NCBI GenBank assembly: GCA_963706595.1
Contig: OY970166.1
Location: forward strand, 2,880,001 to 2,944,000
Direction of reading: 5' to 3'
Source: an uncultured cyanobacterium
GTDB taxonomy: Bacteria; Cyanobacteriota; Cyanobacteriia; Cyanobacteriales; Nostocaceae
Length of the DNA stretch: 64,000 bases
How positions within the stretch are numbered: position 1 is the first letter of the stretch; each line of letters opens with the position of its first letter. A program made the translations under genes and the position numbers. Of the stretch, positions 1 to 9,951 are shown piece by piece. Below the pieces are notes generated by a model. That model was not told the DNA's origin. It saw nothing but the letters and a program-made list of their open reading frames with translations, and did no database searches.

Positions 1-1
1 A

Positions 2-100
2 GACCAAATGACTTGGGCGAGCGACCAGATAGAAGTCCATATTCTTAAAGATGGTAGCCGGATTGTGACTGGTTATCAAGGCGGTTTAAGTAATTTGTAG
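2..100 (+). CDS. possible 3' end of a gene entering the window (DQMTWASDQIEVHILKDGSRIVTGYQGGLSNL*)
   Basis: Open frame from the window edge to TAG at 98-100; product not recognised. Confidence 0.35.
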   Translation, partial: DQMTWASDQIEVHILKDGSRIVTGYQGGLSNL

Positions 101-155
101 TATTTCCTGCGGAAACGCTGCGCGAACGTAGTTCGTAATTCGTAATTCGTAATTA

Positions 156-292
156 GGCGTTGCTGAATCAAAGTATGAAATGCCAAAATTACCTTTCTTC
201 TTCTTCGTATCTTTGCGCCTTTGCGCCTAACGTACTTCGTACTTCGCTTCGCTAATGCGTGAAACAAATTCATCTTTAAAATCAGCAACGCC
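156..292. mobile_element. MITE (137 bp) with 11-bp terminal inverted repeats and 8-bp target-site duplication
   Basis: ggcgttgctga (156-166) / tcagcaacgcc (282-292); cgtaatta directly repeated at 148-155 and 293-300; inserted in a ttcgtaa heptamer tract. Confidence 0.75.
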
Positions 293-412
293 CGTAATTA
301 AGAGTGTACAAGCCCCACCCAGATATACGATTTAGAGCAACCACTGATTGCAACTACGAATTACGTTAGCGAAGCTCCTCTGAAAGAGGCATTATCAATT
401 ACGAATTACAAG

Positions 413-1081
413 CTAGCCACTCACTTGAGATTCAACTACACCGATAGGACAAGAAACTTTTGTTCCTCCTAAGCCACAATAACCGTTGGGGTTTTTGGCT
501 AAATACTGCTGATGATAAGCTTCTGCGTAGTAGAATTCAGGCGCATCTAAAATTTCTGTGGTAATTTTGCCATAACCTGCTTTGCTCAGAGGTTCCTGAT
601 ACGCGTCCCGTGATGCTTCTGCTAGCTGCTTCTGCTGTGGGGAATAAACATAAATTCCCGAACGGTATTGCGTACCAGCGTCATTACCTTGGCGCATTCC
701 TTGGGTGGGGTTATGGCTTTCCCAAAAAACTTTCAAAAGTTGAGAGTAACTAATCACTTTGGGGTCAAAGACGACTAAGACTACCTCGTTGTGACCAGTC
801 ATTCCGCTACATACTTCATCATAACTGGGGTTTGGGGTGCTACCAGCAGCGTAACCCACCGCAGTTGTATAGACTCCTGGAAGTTGCCAAAATTTGCGTT
901 CTGCACCCCAAAAGCAACCTAAGCCAAATACTGCTTGCTCCAATCCTTCGGGAAAAGGAGCTTTTAAAGGATTTTTATTGACATAATGTTCATTCGGTAC
1001 TGGCATAGATTTTGCTCTTCCTGGTAAAGCTTCCTCTGGAGTGGGGATAGCCTGCTTTTTACCAAATCCAAATAGTCCCAT
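413..1081 (-). CDS. msrA: peptide-methionine (S)-S-oxide reductase
   Basis: GCFWG active site, [23 protein letters not shown]. Confidence 0.97.
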   Translation of the reverse strand: MGLFGFGKKQAIPTPEEALPGRAKSMPVPNEHYVNKNPLKAPFPEGLEQAVFGLGCFWGAERKFWQLPGVYTTAVGYAAGSTPNPSYDEVCSGMTGHNEVVLVVFDPKVISYSQLLKVFWESHNPTQGMRQGNDAGTQYRSGIYVYSPQQKQLAEASRDAYQEPLSKAGYGKITTEILDAPEFYYAEAYHQQYLAKNPNGYCGLGGTKVSCPIGVVESQVSG

Positions 1082-1206
1082 AATTTTTAACTCTGATTTC
1101 TCATAAATTTCTTTACCTTACTTCATATTGTAAAGAATCTTGTACAGGTTGGGGAGTTTTGGAAATAACTCATTCATCATTCCCCAAACCGTAATTATAC
1201 ATAAGT

Positions 1207-3444
1207 TTACATACAAGTCTGTACTAAAGGTAACAGCCGACCTATTTGTTCTTGACCATTTACGGCTAAGTCGCTGTGACATAAATAAACTTTTTCACCG
1301 ACACGAGACAGCAAATCTGCTAGGATATTTCGCAATCTTGCTTCTTCTAGCAAGTTTTCATCTGCTGCTGTCCACGGTTCGCCTAACCTATCTCTCAAAA
1401 ATAATGGCGCGGCAAATAACGTCGCTGCACCACCTTTTGCCCATAGAGGAGAACCAGCATCCAACCAGAAATGCCAACGGTGAAATCTTCTACTAGAGCG
1501 ATATTGAAAAATAGTTGCCAAGGTGACAGCTTTTCTAGCTGGTCCGATGGTACGCAAGGGGTAAGGGTTGGCGGTAATAGTACCACGTCGCAGTAAGTGT
1601 ATAAATTCGGCACAGGTTGTGCTGATTTCTTTCCCTGCTTTTCTGGGGGTTGTTTGTCGTAAACGGGTGTCAATTTCCCAATAATGTTGGGCAGTTTCCA
1701 GTAATTCCCGCAGTGCTGCCATTTGGTCGTAGGGAGGGCTGCTATCCTGACAGATAAAATTCTGCATTGCCAGATATAACAGCGAAATGGGACTGGGAAT
1801 CAAACGCTGTGCTTGTTGCGATCGCTGTTTTTCTAACCATTGTAAAATTTCCCCATAAGCTGTGGTGGCTGCATAGCCGATGCGGTCCCAGCGCTCGAAT
1901 GCTGAAACTGGTATCAAGTGGGGATGATCGGGATGAGGTTTAAAACAGTAATCTGTAATTAATCCGGCGCGTACTGGGTCGATGCGAGGGGAAGGAGACG
2001 CGATGAATTGATTGGGGGAAGGAGACGCGATGAATCGATTGGGGGAAGGAGACGCGATGAATCGATTGGGGGAAGGAGACGCGATGAATCGCGTCTCTAC
2101 AAGAGAGTCTGGTTTTCGACTCAAGACCACTAACATTTCGGCTACGGCTTCTCGATCTACGAGGCGACCTAAACCAGGATAGACTAGTGTCAGCATGGTG
2201 AGTAAGGCTCGAATCACAGGTGAACTAATTAAGGGGCGTTGCTCGTTGAGTGATTCGACGGGGATGTTTTGCTTATCGAGGATTTCTACTAAAGTATAAC
2301 GAGCGATCGCATCTAAACCCGGTGCAATAATTGCTACATCTTCTGCTTGTACTTGTCCTGAATTGATCGCTTTCGCAATTTCATCTGCTGTTTTCCGCAA
2401 CAATTCGGAGCGGGAGGTAGTTTGAATTAATTGCACTGGGTCTGGTAAGCTCGACACCATCATCTGTTCGGTGACTAACTCCACCATTGGGGTCAAAAGT
2501 TCCTCGGCTAGACAAGGTAAAGGTGATGTCGTTAATGTCTCAATTTGACAACGCGTTGCTAAACCCTTCAAATAGTGAGGATCGGCTCCCAATCCTAGCC
2601 GCACAGCACCATCAGGGTTATAACTAAAAGCACCTACAGCACCTTGATCTAACAAAAAATCAAACAGTTGACGTGCTACCCCAGGATAATCATCCACATC
2701 ATCTGCTAGTACAGCTTGATAGCGTTGAGTTAAGTGTTGTTGATAATGGCGATCGCTTAATAACTTCTGACTATACAGTTCAGTCATTATCCCATAACTA
2801 AGTAATCCCCGTTCTAAACACCAGTTACGCCAATCTAGTAATAAAGATGCCAAAAAATCCGGTTCTAAATCTATGGCATTTTCTTCTAAGCCCGTTTGCA
2901 AAATCCGGCTAATGTCTTCACAGGGTGTACCACTGTAAGCCGCCAATTGGAATAAATCCAGAATCCGACGGACTAACCGATACTCATTCACTCCCGCCCG
3001 GCGCAAAGTGGCTGCATCCAACTGGGAATGCCAAAGTTTCGTGGCCAATTCCTGTTCAGTTTCAGGGCGTAATCTTACCGGAAATTGTGCTTTGAGATTT
3101 AACGACTGAATCAATAAAGGCCAAAATAAAATCACTTCATCTTGAAAAAAACCGAGCATCGTCTTGGCACGAACTGGATATTTTCCTTGTGTTGCTGTCA
3201 CAATTTTATCAGCTAGATGACGGCGATTCTCACTATTGGCAGCTAAAAGCAAAACTCCTAGCTCTTTCTTGGGGAGATATGAAGCTGCTGATATGCTCCT
3301 ACTTTTTGGCTCACTTGATTTTTTAGTATAAAATAATTCAAAACTATGATTTTCACTTTGCACCCAATCACAAAAACTTTCCACCAAACGAGTTGTTTTA
3401 CCACTGCGGCTAGCACCAACAATCCAAATAGAATGAGAAATCAC
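1207..3444 (-). CDS. conserved cyanobacterial protein with N-terminal P-loop, SF1/UvrD-like helicase fold (possibly degenerate)
   Basis: 745-aa ORF; GASRSGKT Walker A; VLADDVDD Walker B-like segment; in-frame repeat insertion. Confidence 0.7.
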   Translation of the reverse strand: MISHSIWIVGASRSGKTTRLVESFCDWVQSENHSFELFYTKKSSEPKSRSISAASYLPKKELGVLLLAANSENRRHLADKIVTATQGKYPVRAKTMLGFFQDEVILFWPLLIQSLNLKAQFPVRLRPETEQELATKLWHSQLDAATLRRAGVNEYRLVRRILDLFQLAAYSGTPCEDISRILQTGLEENAIDLEPDFLASLLLDWRNWCLERGLLSYGIMTELYSQKLLSDRHYQQHLTQRYQAVLADDVDDYPGVARQLFDFLLDQGAVGAFSYNPDGAVRLGLGADPHYLKGLATRCQIETLTTSPLPCLAEELLTPMVELVTEQMMVSSLPDPVQLIQTTSRSELLRKTADEIAKAINSGQVQAEDVAIIAPGLDAIARYTLVEILDKQNIPVESLNEQRPLISSPVIRALLTMLTLVYPGLGRLVDREAVAEMLVVLSRKPDSLVETRFIASPSPNRFIASPSPNRFIASPSPNQFIASPSPRIDPVRAGLITDYCFKPHPDHPHLIPVSAFERWDRIGYAATTAYGEILQWLEKQRSQQAQRLIPSPISLLYLAMQNFICQDSSPPYDQMAALRELLETAQHYWEIDTRLRQTTPRKAGKEISTTCAEFIHLLRRGTITANPYPLRTIGPARKAVTLATIFQYRSSRRFHRWHFWLDAGSPLWAKGGAATLFAAPLFLRDRLGEPWTAADENLLEEARLRNILADLLSRVGEKVYLCHSDLAVNGQEQIGRLLPLVQTCM
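1988..2100. repeat. 27-bp tandem repeat (about 4 units) derived from a GTAG-type palindrome, translated as RFIASPSPN
   Basis: Units ggggaaggagacgcgatgaatcgattg start at 1988, 2015, 2042, 2069; the last closes the palindrome gagacgcgatgaatcgcgtctc-tac. Confidence 0.9.
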
Positions 3445-3531
3445 AAATCCTCCCCTTGTAGATTTGCTAGTATACTTCGTGCGTTAACTTAATGTTAATA
3501 ATCACCAATCAATCCTGGATGATTACTTCCA

Positions 3532-4851
3532 ATGAAAATACCCATTTTTAGCCAAAGGATTTACCCTTTTTTACTCTCTGCTTACCGATGGTACTTACTC
3601 ACACCAGAGCGTTCACTAGAAGCAGCTTATCAGGCAGCATTACAGATTAAGCTCCTAGAAGAGGAACATTTTAATGGTAATAAAATAGACTTAAACTCAG
3701 CCATCTACAGTAACAGCGTGATGGATTATTTTGAGTCAGATTTAAAGCGACAATTAAAAATTGCCCGGATGCGACTGACAGAGTTTCGAGCCAGTCGTTT
3801 GTTTTCTAATGAGTCTGATCAAAGAGCATCTCAGAAAACAGGTATAGAGTATCCTAGTCCTGCCTTAATTTTAGAGAAATTAGAATTCATTGATCAAGTT
3901 ACCTCAAAATATAATAACTTAGAAAACGAGATCAATTCCGCAGCTTTAGTAAATAAACCTCAAATTATTAAAGTCGATTCGCCTACCTCTGAATCATCAC
4001 CAGAGAAATTAGCCAATCAAAATCAAGACCCGAATAAAAAACAGCGAGGTAAGGCTGATACAATGGGAATATTGCCGAGGTCAATTTTAAGTACCATCGG
4101 CCGTCTGCAAGTGGAATTAGATCCGAATGCTGAACAAGATGTTGTTAAAAATTTCCGTCAGACTCAAAGAAGAACCATAATATCTATTAGATTTATTTTA
4201 CTATTAATTATAGTCCCTCTGTTAACTCATCAAATATCAAAGGTATTAATAGTAGGACCCCTAATCACCCATTTTAGAAGCCCCGAAACAGCAGAAATAT
4301 TTCTCAATCTGGAAATGGAGGAAGAAGCATTAGTAGAACTGCAAAGATTTGAAGAAAAAATCAAGTTTAAAAACCTAATTAGTAGCGCCCCTCCGCTATC
4401 TGCTGAAGAGATAGAAGTTGAGATTGCGGATAAAGCCCGTGAAATTGCTGAACAATTTCGTCGCCAAAGTGCTAACGCTATAAAAAATGTTTTTTCAGAT
4501 ATTTTCTCAGTTGGTGCTTTTATTTATCTGTTGGTAATCAGCAAGTCTTCTATCGCCGTCCTCAAAGATTTCTTTGATCATATTGTCTATGGTCTCAGTG
4601 ACAGCGCTAAAGCATTTATCATTATTTTATTTACCGATGTATTTGTCGGATTTCACTCTCCCCACGGCTGGGAAGTAATTTTAGAAGGTGTATCACGTCA
4701 TTGGGGCTTACCAGCAAATCGAGATTTCATCTTCTTATTTATTGCCACCTTTCCCGTGATTTTAGATACAATCTTTAAATATTGGATTTTCCGTTATTTA
4801 AACCGCATCTCACCTTCCGCAGTGGCTACATATCGGAATATGAATGAATAA
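3532..4851 (+). CDS. pxcA: proton extrusion protein PcxA (CemA family)
   Basis: C-terminal CemA motifs SDSAKAFIIILFTDVFVGFHSPHGWE and FPVILDTIFKYWIFRYLNRISPS. Confidence 0.95.
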   Translation: MKIPIFSQRIYPFLLSAYRWYLLTPERSLEAAYQAALQIKLLEEEHFNGNKIDLNSAIYSNSVMDYFESDLKRQLKIARMRLTEFRASRLFSNESDQRASQKTGIEYPSPALILEKLEFIDQVTSKYNNLENEINSAALVNKPQIIKVDSPTSESSPEKLANQNQDPNKKQRGKADTMGILPRSILSTIGRLQVELDPNAEQDVVKNFRQTQRRTIISIRFILLLIIVPLLTHQISKVLIVGPLITHFRSPETAEIFLNLEMEEEALVELQRFEEKIKFKNLISSAPPLSAEEIEVEIADKAREIAEQFRRQSANAIKNVFSDIFSVGAFIYLLVISKSSIAVLKDFFDHIVYGLSDSAKAFIIILFTDVFVGFHSPHGWEVILEGVSRHWGLPANRDFIFLFIATFPVILDTIFKYWIFRYLNRISPSAVATYRNMNE

Positions 4852-4952
4852 CAGAAATCACATAGGCAAATACATGAAGCCAGATAAAAGAAACTCCAGA
4901 ATTAGCAAAATAAAAAGTCAGAATCGCGGATTATAAGGATTACACAGATTAC

Positions 4953-5244
4953 GCGGATTAGATTATCTGACACAGTGACAGATAATTAAAATCAGTGAAA
5001 TCCTTTAATCCGTCTAATCCGTGATGCGGATTAGATTATCTGATACAGTGACAGATAATTAAAATCAGTGAAATCCTTTAATCCGTCTAATCCGTGATGC
5101 GGATTAGATTATCTGATACAGTGACAGATAATTAAAATCAGTGAAATCCTTTAATCCGTCTAATCCGTGATGCGGATTAGATTATCTGATACAGTGACAG
5201 ACAAGTAAAATCAGTGAAATCCTTTAATCCCTCTAATCCGTGAT
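4953..5244. repeat. 4 x 73-bp tandem array of a hairpin-forming unit, abutting the GxxExxY start codon
   Basis: Units start at 4953, 5026, 5099, 5172; units 2 and 3 identical, unit 1 has 1 difference, unit 4 has 3; internal attatctg/cagataat stem. Confidence 0.95.
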
Positions 5245-5628
5245 ATGAACTTAAAATACCAAGACATTACCCAAAAAATTATCGGCGCATCCTTTGAAGT
5301 CCATAAATTTCTAGGTAACGGCTTTCAAGAAGTAATTTATCAACGCGCCCTTGCCTACGAACTCCATCAAGCAGGATTAACCTTTGCCAGAGAAATTGAA
5401 CAACAAATCTATTACAAAAACCTACCCGAACCAATTGGTACACGCCGCGCCGATTTTGTGGTTGAAGAAAAAGTATTAGTCGAACTCAAAGCAGTAATCC
5501 AACTCGAAGACGTACACCTAGCCCAAGCATTAAACTATCTCAAAGTATATAAACTCGAAGTTGGATTATTGATTAACTTTGGAAGTAAAAGTTTGACATT
5601 TAAGAGATTAGTATTTAGTAACAAATAA
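5245..5628 (+). CDS. GxxExxY protein (PD-(D/E)xK nuclease-like fold)
   Basis: GFQEVIY motif; RADFVVEEKVLVELK; AQALNYLK...GLLINFG; 127 aa. Confidence 0.92.
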   Translation: MNLKYQDITQKIIGASFEVHKFLGNGFQEVIYQRALAYELHQAGLTFAREIEQQIYYKNLPEPIGTRRADFVVEEKVLVELKAVIQLEDVHLAQALNYLKVYKLEVGLLINFGSKSLTFKRLVFSNK

Positions 5629-5632
5629 AAGA

Positions 5633-5741
5633 GTCAGAATCGCGGATTATATGGATTACGCTGATTACACAGATTTTTTTCATTTGCTAAGATAACCAAA
5701 ATCTGTGAAATCCTTTCATCCGTAAAATCTGTGATTCTAAC
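5633..5741. repeat. long imperfect hairpin element related to the one upstream of the GxxExxY gene
   Basis: Starts gtcagaatcgcggattata as at 4917; 9-nt periodic gatt left arm, aatc right arm; ends gattctaac. Confidence 0.85.
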
Positions 5742-5832
5742 CTTGTTTTTAGCTATTCACACATGACTCAGGCTTACTCAGGAGAAATTGGAAAGGCCGC
5801 CACACCCTCAGACGAAAGCAGCGTGGGGTAGT

Positions 5833-7147
5833 TCAAGTAGTATATTCTGCGTTAATTTTTACATAGTCATAACTCAAATCACATCCCCAAGCTTTACCAG
5901 AACCATGACCATTACCAACGTTAACAGCAATAATCACGGGATTATCGACTCGTTGACCTTTAATCATGCTTCTATCCACAGACAAATCATTACTATTATT
6001 AGTAGCAATAAAATCTGGGGCTAAAGAAGAATCAGCCGCAATTTGTTTTAAATATGCACTGGCTGCTGCACGGTCAAATGGTACTGGTTGACCATTTTCT
6101 AATAATAAGAAATCCCCTAATTTTATTTGCAGGTTATCTTGTTCAAAATTCACACCTGCACGTCCTGCGGCGGCGGCGATACGTCCCCAATTGGGGTCGC
6201 GTCCAAAAATCGCAGATTTAACTAGAGAGGAACCCGCAACGGTTTTCGCAATTTGACGGGCGGAAACTTGATCATAAGCCCCAGTGACTTGCACTTCAAT
6301 TAAGCAAGTTGCACCTTCGCCATCACGAGCGATCGCTTTAGCTAAATGCTGACATACTGCTGTTAACATCGCTTCTAATTTCTCGGCTTCTGGACCCATT
6401 TCGGTAATTGCTGGGGTGCGAGATTGACCATTAGCCAAAGCGATTAAACTATCGTTAGTGCTGGTGTCACCATCGACGGTAATGGCATTAAAGCTTTGAT
6501 CCGCAGCCCTACTTAACATTTGTTGCCACAGATGAGATGAAACCGCCGCATCACAGGTTACAAATGCCAACATCGTGGCCATGTTGGGATGAATCATCCC
6601 CGAACCTTTGGAAATACCACCAATTCGCACAGGGCGATCGCCTATAGTTGTCTCTAAAGCAATGGATTTTGTCACCAAATCTGTAGTAATAATTGCCACG
6701 GCGGCTGCATCTGAACCCGTTTCTGAAAGTGCGGCCACTACTTTGGGAATACCACTGCGTAAGGCATCCATCTTGATCCGTTGACCAATTACGCCCGTAG
6801 AAGCCAGCAAAATCGATTCCGGGGAAATATTCAACTCCCGTGCTAATATTTCGGCTGTTTCTTCCGCATCCCGTACACCTTGCATCCCTGTGGAAGCATT
6901 TGCTTGACCAGCATTGCAGAGAATTGCACGGGCGCTGTGTTTAGCTTGTAAGCGTTGACGACAATAATCTACACAGGCGGCTTTGACTTGACTAGTGGTG
7001 AATACACCAGTCTGCGATCGCCTCTACATCTGACCATATTAACGCTAAATCGGGCAACCCCGAAGGCTTCAGTCCTGCGGTGATTCCCGCCGCCTGATAA
7101 CCTCTTGGTGCGGTAACACCACCAGAGATTTCTTGCCAATCTGCCAT
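5833..7147 (-). pseudogene. argJ: bifunctional ornithine acetyltransferase/N-acetylglutamate synthase; +1 frameshift at about 7011 (probably a sequencing error)
   Basis: MADWQEISGGVTAPRGYQAAG from 7147; KGSGMIHPNMATML, DGDTSTND, GCDLSYDYVKINAEYTT; removing one base restores a 437-aa frame. Confidence 0.9.
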
Positions 7148-7225
7148 TTTTCTTCTCCCCACAACTGTTAGCTGCTTGACTGGCGATTATACCAAGTATT
7201 CACTGCCAAATATTCGCCAGTCATG

Positions 7226-7278
7226 AAATAAGGAGAGCTGCGTGGGCGGCTCTCCAGATCATCAGGGTGCATCTACAT
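7226..7278 (-). ncRNA. candidate small RNA of about 50 nt upstream of argJ
   Basis: TATACT -10 box (7289-7284), then gtagatgcaccctgat, hairpin ggagagccgc-ccac-gcagctctcc and TTATTT; argJ has a separate TATAAT at 7191-7186. Confidence 0.45.
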
Positions 7279-7448
7279 AGCACAGTATACCATTTTTGTA
7301 GTGAGGTGTGATACCCATTATTTATTTTGGGGAGCAATCTTCTGAAGTCGGCAACAGTTATGTCACTCAAAAAATTACTCAAACCATTTGTCGTGAACTT
7401 ATTTCTGTTATTTTTTTGCTTAATATAAATATAATGTTAAATAATAAG

Positions 7449-7619
7449 TAAGTCGGCGAGAAAAATTCAATTTACATGAAGAAATATAAATTGTTCGTAG
7501 GCTAACGCACCTTGAATTGTTGAGACTGAAGCCGAATTTTTGACGGTGCGTTGCGCTGCGCGACAACACACCCTACATTAAAAGTTCTGAATATAGCTTG
7601 AAATATTAGTGCCGACTTA
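7449..7619. mobile_element. MITE-like element with an internal REP-like palindrome
   Basis: taagtcggc ... gccgactta inverted ends; internal gtagg...aacgcacc ... ggtgcgtt...cctac. Confidence 0.5.
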
Positions 7620-7792
7620 ATTATATTATTTTTTCATAAACTCTTTCTTATCAAGATTCTTAAATATCAAGCGTAATATTTACTTCTATTCATAAAGATA
7701 AATATCGCATTTCCTCATTTATTGCAACAAATCTTCAAATTTTCAACTAATGCTAGTATACAATTATTTGAATAATTATTTAGTTTTCAACT

Positions 7793-8777
7793 ATGACATT
7801 AGCAGTAAAAACCCCAATAAAAAGCCTCAAAGACTACGCTTACCAAGCGATTCAACAACATCTCAAGAAAACCTTGAAATGGGAAAAACCAGTTAAGAAA
7901 GATGAAGACCCGGAAGCACTACATCAGATGCGAGTCGGGATGCGTCGCCTACGTACTGCAATCAGTCGGTTTGATTTAGTACCTGAATCTACCGCAGGCA
8001 GCTAGTGAGAAAAAAATCGGTAAAATTGCTCGTAATCTTGGACATCTCAGAGATATAGATGTACTCAAAGAAACCTTAGAAACCTGTTACCAAACACATT
8101 TATCTCACAAAGAACAAAAGGTTTTGCAAACAGCTTTTGATGCTTTAGATAAGCAACGCCAAAAGGCATTATTTAAGACGCAGACAACATTAAAAAGTGA
8201 AACTTATAAATCTCTTAAACAAGCATTACTAGATTGGTTAGATCAACCCATTTATCAGCCTTGGGCATATCTCCCAATTCAACAAGTTCTACCAAATTTA
8301 CTGTTACCTGAAGTGAGTCGTTTTTTGCTCCATCCGGGATGGCTAGTAGGAACTAATATTGTCGATTCAGAGGTAAAAGTTTGCACAAATTGGCAACCAG
8401 AAAACATAGAAGAAACATTGATAACTCAAGGCGAAAGCATTCATAATTTACGTAAACAAGCTAAACGCGTGCGTTACCAAATGGAGTTATTTAGTGACTT
8501 ATATGGTGAAACTTACGCAGCTTATGTCAATGAAGTGAAAAGCATCCAAGACATATTAGGAAAAATCCAAGATAGTGTAGTTATGGGTGCATCTCTGGCA
8601 GATATATTCAAGTCAGAAATTGACACTGAACTCCCAACACTTGCTCAGTTATTAAAGGAAAATCGTAATCATTTATGGCAGGAGTGGCAACCTTTGCAAG
8701 AGCGATATTTGCAAGCGGAACACCGACATAATTTTCATTTAACAATACTAAATTCCATGCCAACAGCTATTTCTTAA
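7793..8777 (+). pseudogene. CHAD domain protein; +1 frameshift at about 7981 (probably a sequencing error)
   Basis: DPEALHQMRVGMRRLR, LGHLRDIDV, HNLRKQAKRVRYQME, LGKIQD; removing one base joins the two ORFs into 327 aa. Confidence 0.85.
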
Positions 8778-8791
8778 ACAATTATTATTTT

Positions 8792-8920
8792 AAGTAGGTG
8801 GGCGTGAAATAACCAAAATGTGTGAAGAAAAGTAAATAGGGCTGAAACCCTTTTTCCCCCTGCTCCCTGCGCCCTGCTCCCTGCCTTGCACCAACGACTA
8901 TTTTGAACACTAACCTACTT
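8792..8920. mobile_element. MITE-like element containing ccctgct short tandem repeats
   Basis: aagtaggt ... acctactt inverted ends. Confidence 0.45.
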
Positions 8921-9596
8921 AACGGCGAGTAGACAAGCTGATGGGAGCTTCAAGTGATAAGACATAAGTACTGCTTTGGGGAATCTGGACAACACGGATA
9001 TTTTCTGCCGAACCTAAGCCAGTCAGGAAACCCACAATGCTTCCCAGCATTGCACCCCGGTCAAACTGTTTGGGATCACCTGGGCTGAAAAAACCCAAAG
9101 TATCTCCACCAATTTGGCTCCAAATCGAACTATTTTCCACAGCTTTGTCATTAGCTCGTTTGTAGGTAATAGTAACACCGGGAATAGTCTGACTCGATGC
9201 TTTAATAGCAACAATGCGACCATTAATGACCAAAGATTGAGCGACAATTTTCGCACCGCCGTCTGTAGGTTTGAGGTTAATACTTACAGGGGCATCTTTA
9301 GGCACTATAATATTACCTTGATTATCTTCAATAGCATCAGTTAAAGGAACCGTTAAAGGATAAGCCTTGTTTTGTCCAACATCAATAGTCACAGATATTG
9401 GAAATCTGACAATAATTGCTGTATCTTGAGGAATAGTAATATCTTCGCTGACTACTTGGGTTTGAGATTGGCCAGCGGGCTGAATAGGAAAAGGTTGAGC
9501 GATGGGCAAAGCCCCGCCTCCGGCGATCGCTGGCAACGTGACTGAACCTAACACAGAGATAGAATAGGCAAGGTTTAACAATATTTGCATTTTCAT
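8919..9596 (-). CDS. hypothetical exported protein
   Basis: 225-aa ORF, signal-peptide-like N-terminus, glycine-rich hydrophobic segment near the C-terminus. Confidence 0.7.
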   Translation of the reverse strand: MKMQILLNLAYSISVLGSVTLPAIAGGGALPIAQPFPIQPAGQSQTQVVSEDITIPQDTAIIVRFPISVTIDVGQNKAYPLTVPLTDAIEDNQGNIIVPKDAPVSINLKPTDGGAKIVAQSLVINGRIVAIKASSQTIPGVTITYKRANDKAVENSSIWSQIGGDTLGFFSPGDPKQFDRGAMLGSIVGFLTGLGSAENIRVVQIPQSSTYVLSLEAPISLSTRR

Positions 9597-9951
9597 AACC
9601 GTTTCTTCCTTTAACTGGAATAGGTTGTTATGGATTTAAACTGACGAACCTCAAACGCTTATTAAATCAAGGATACAGCAACTTATAGTAAAAAAAGCCA
9701 GGTCTAGGTTGATCAATAAGACATATCAAGTTTGATCAAACGCCTACCTACTACTACAGCAAGGCTGAAATAGGCGTACCATCACAAATTAATGAAAAGC
9801 CTATAGAATAAGCTTTCTGATTTTTGAAGAACGCCTAGCGGTACTATTGGCGTGACACAGCGAAAATAGTGGATGATGATTTTCTTGTGGAACAGGCAAG
9901 ATGCCTGTTCCGGGCAGCTATAGAGCTTACCCCACAACAGTTATAGTCAAG

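Noticed and set aside
76..288. 70-aa minus-strand ORF
   Set aside because: Spans a MITE and heptamer repeats; spurious translation.
4953..5244. CRISPR array
   Set aside because: Units are contiguous and near-identical with no unique spacers, and there are no cas genes in the window.
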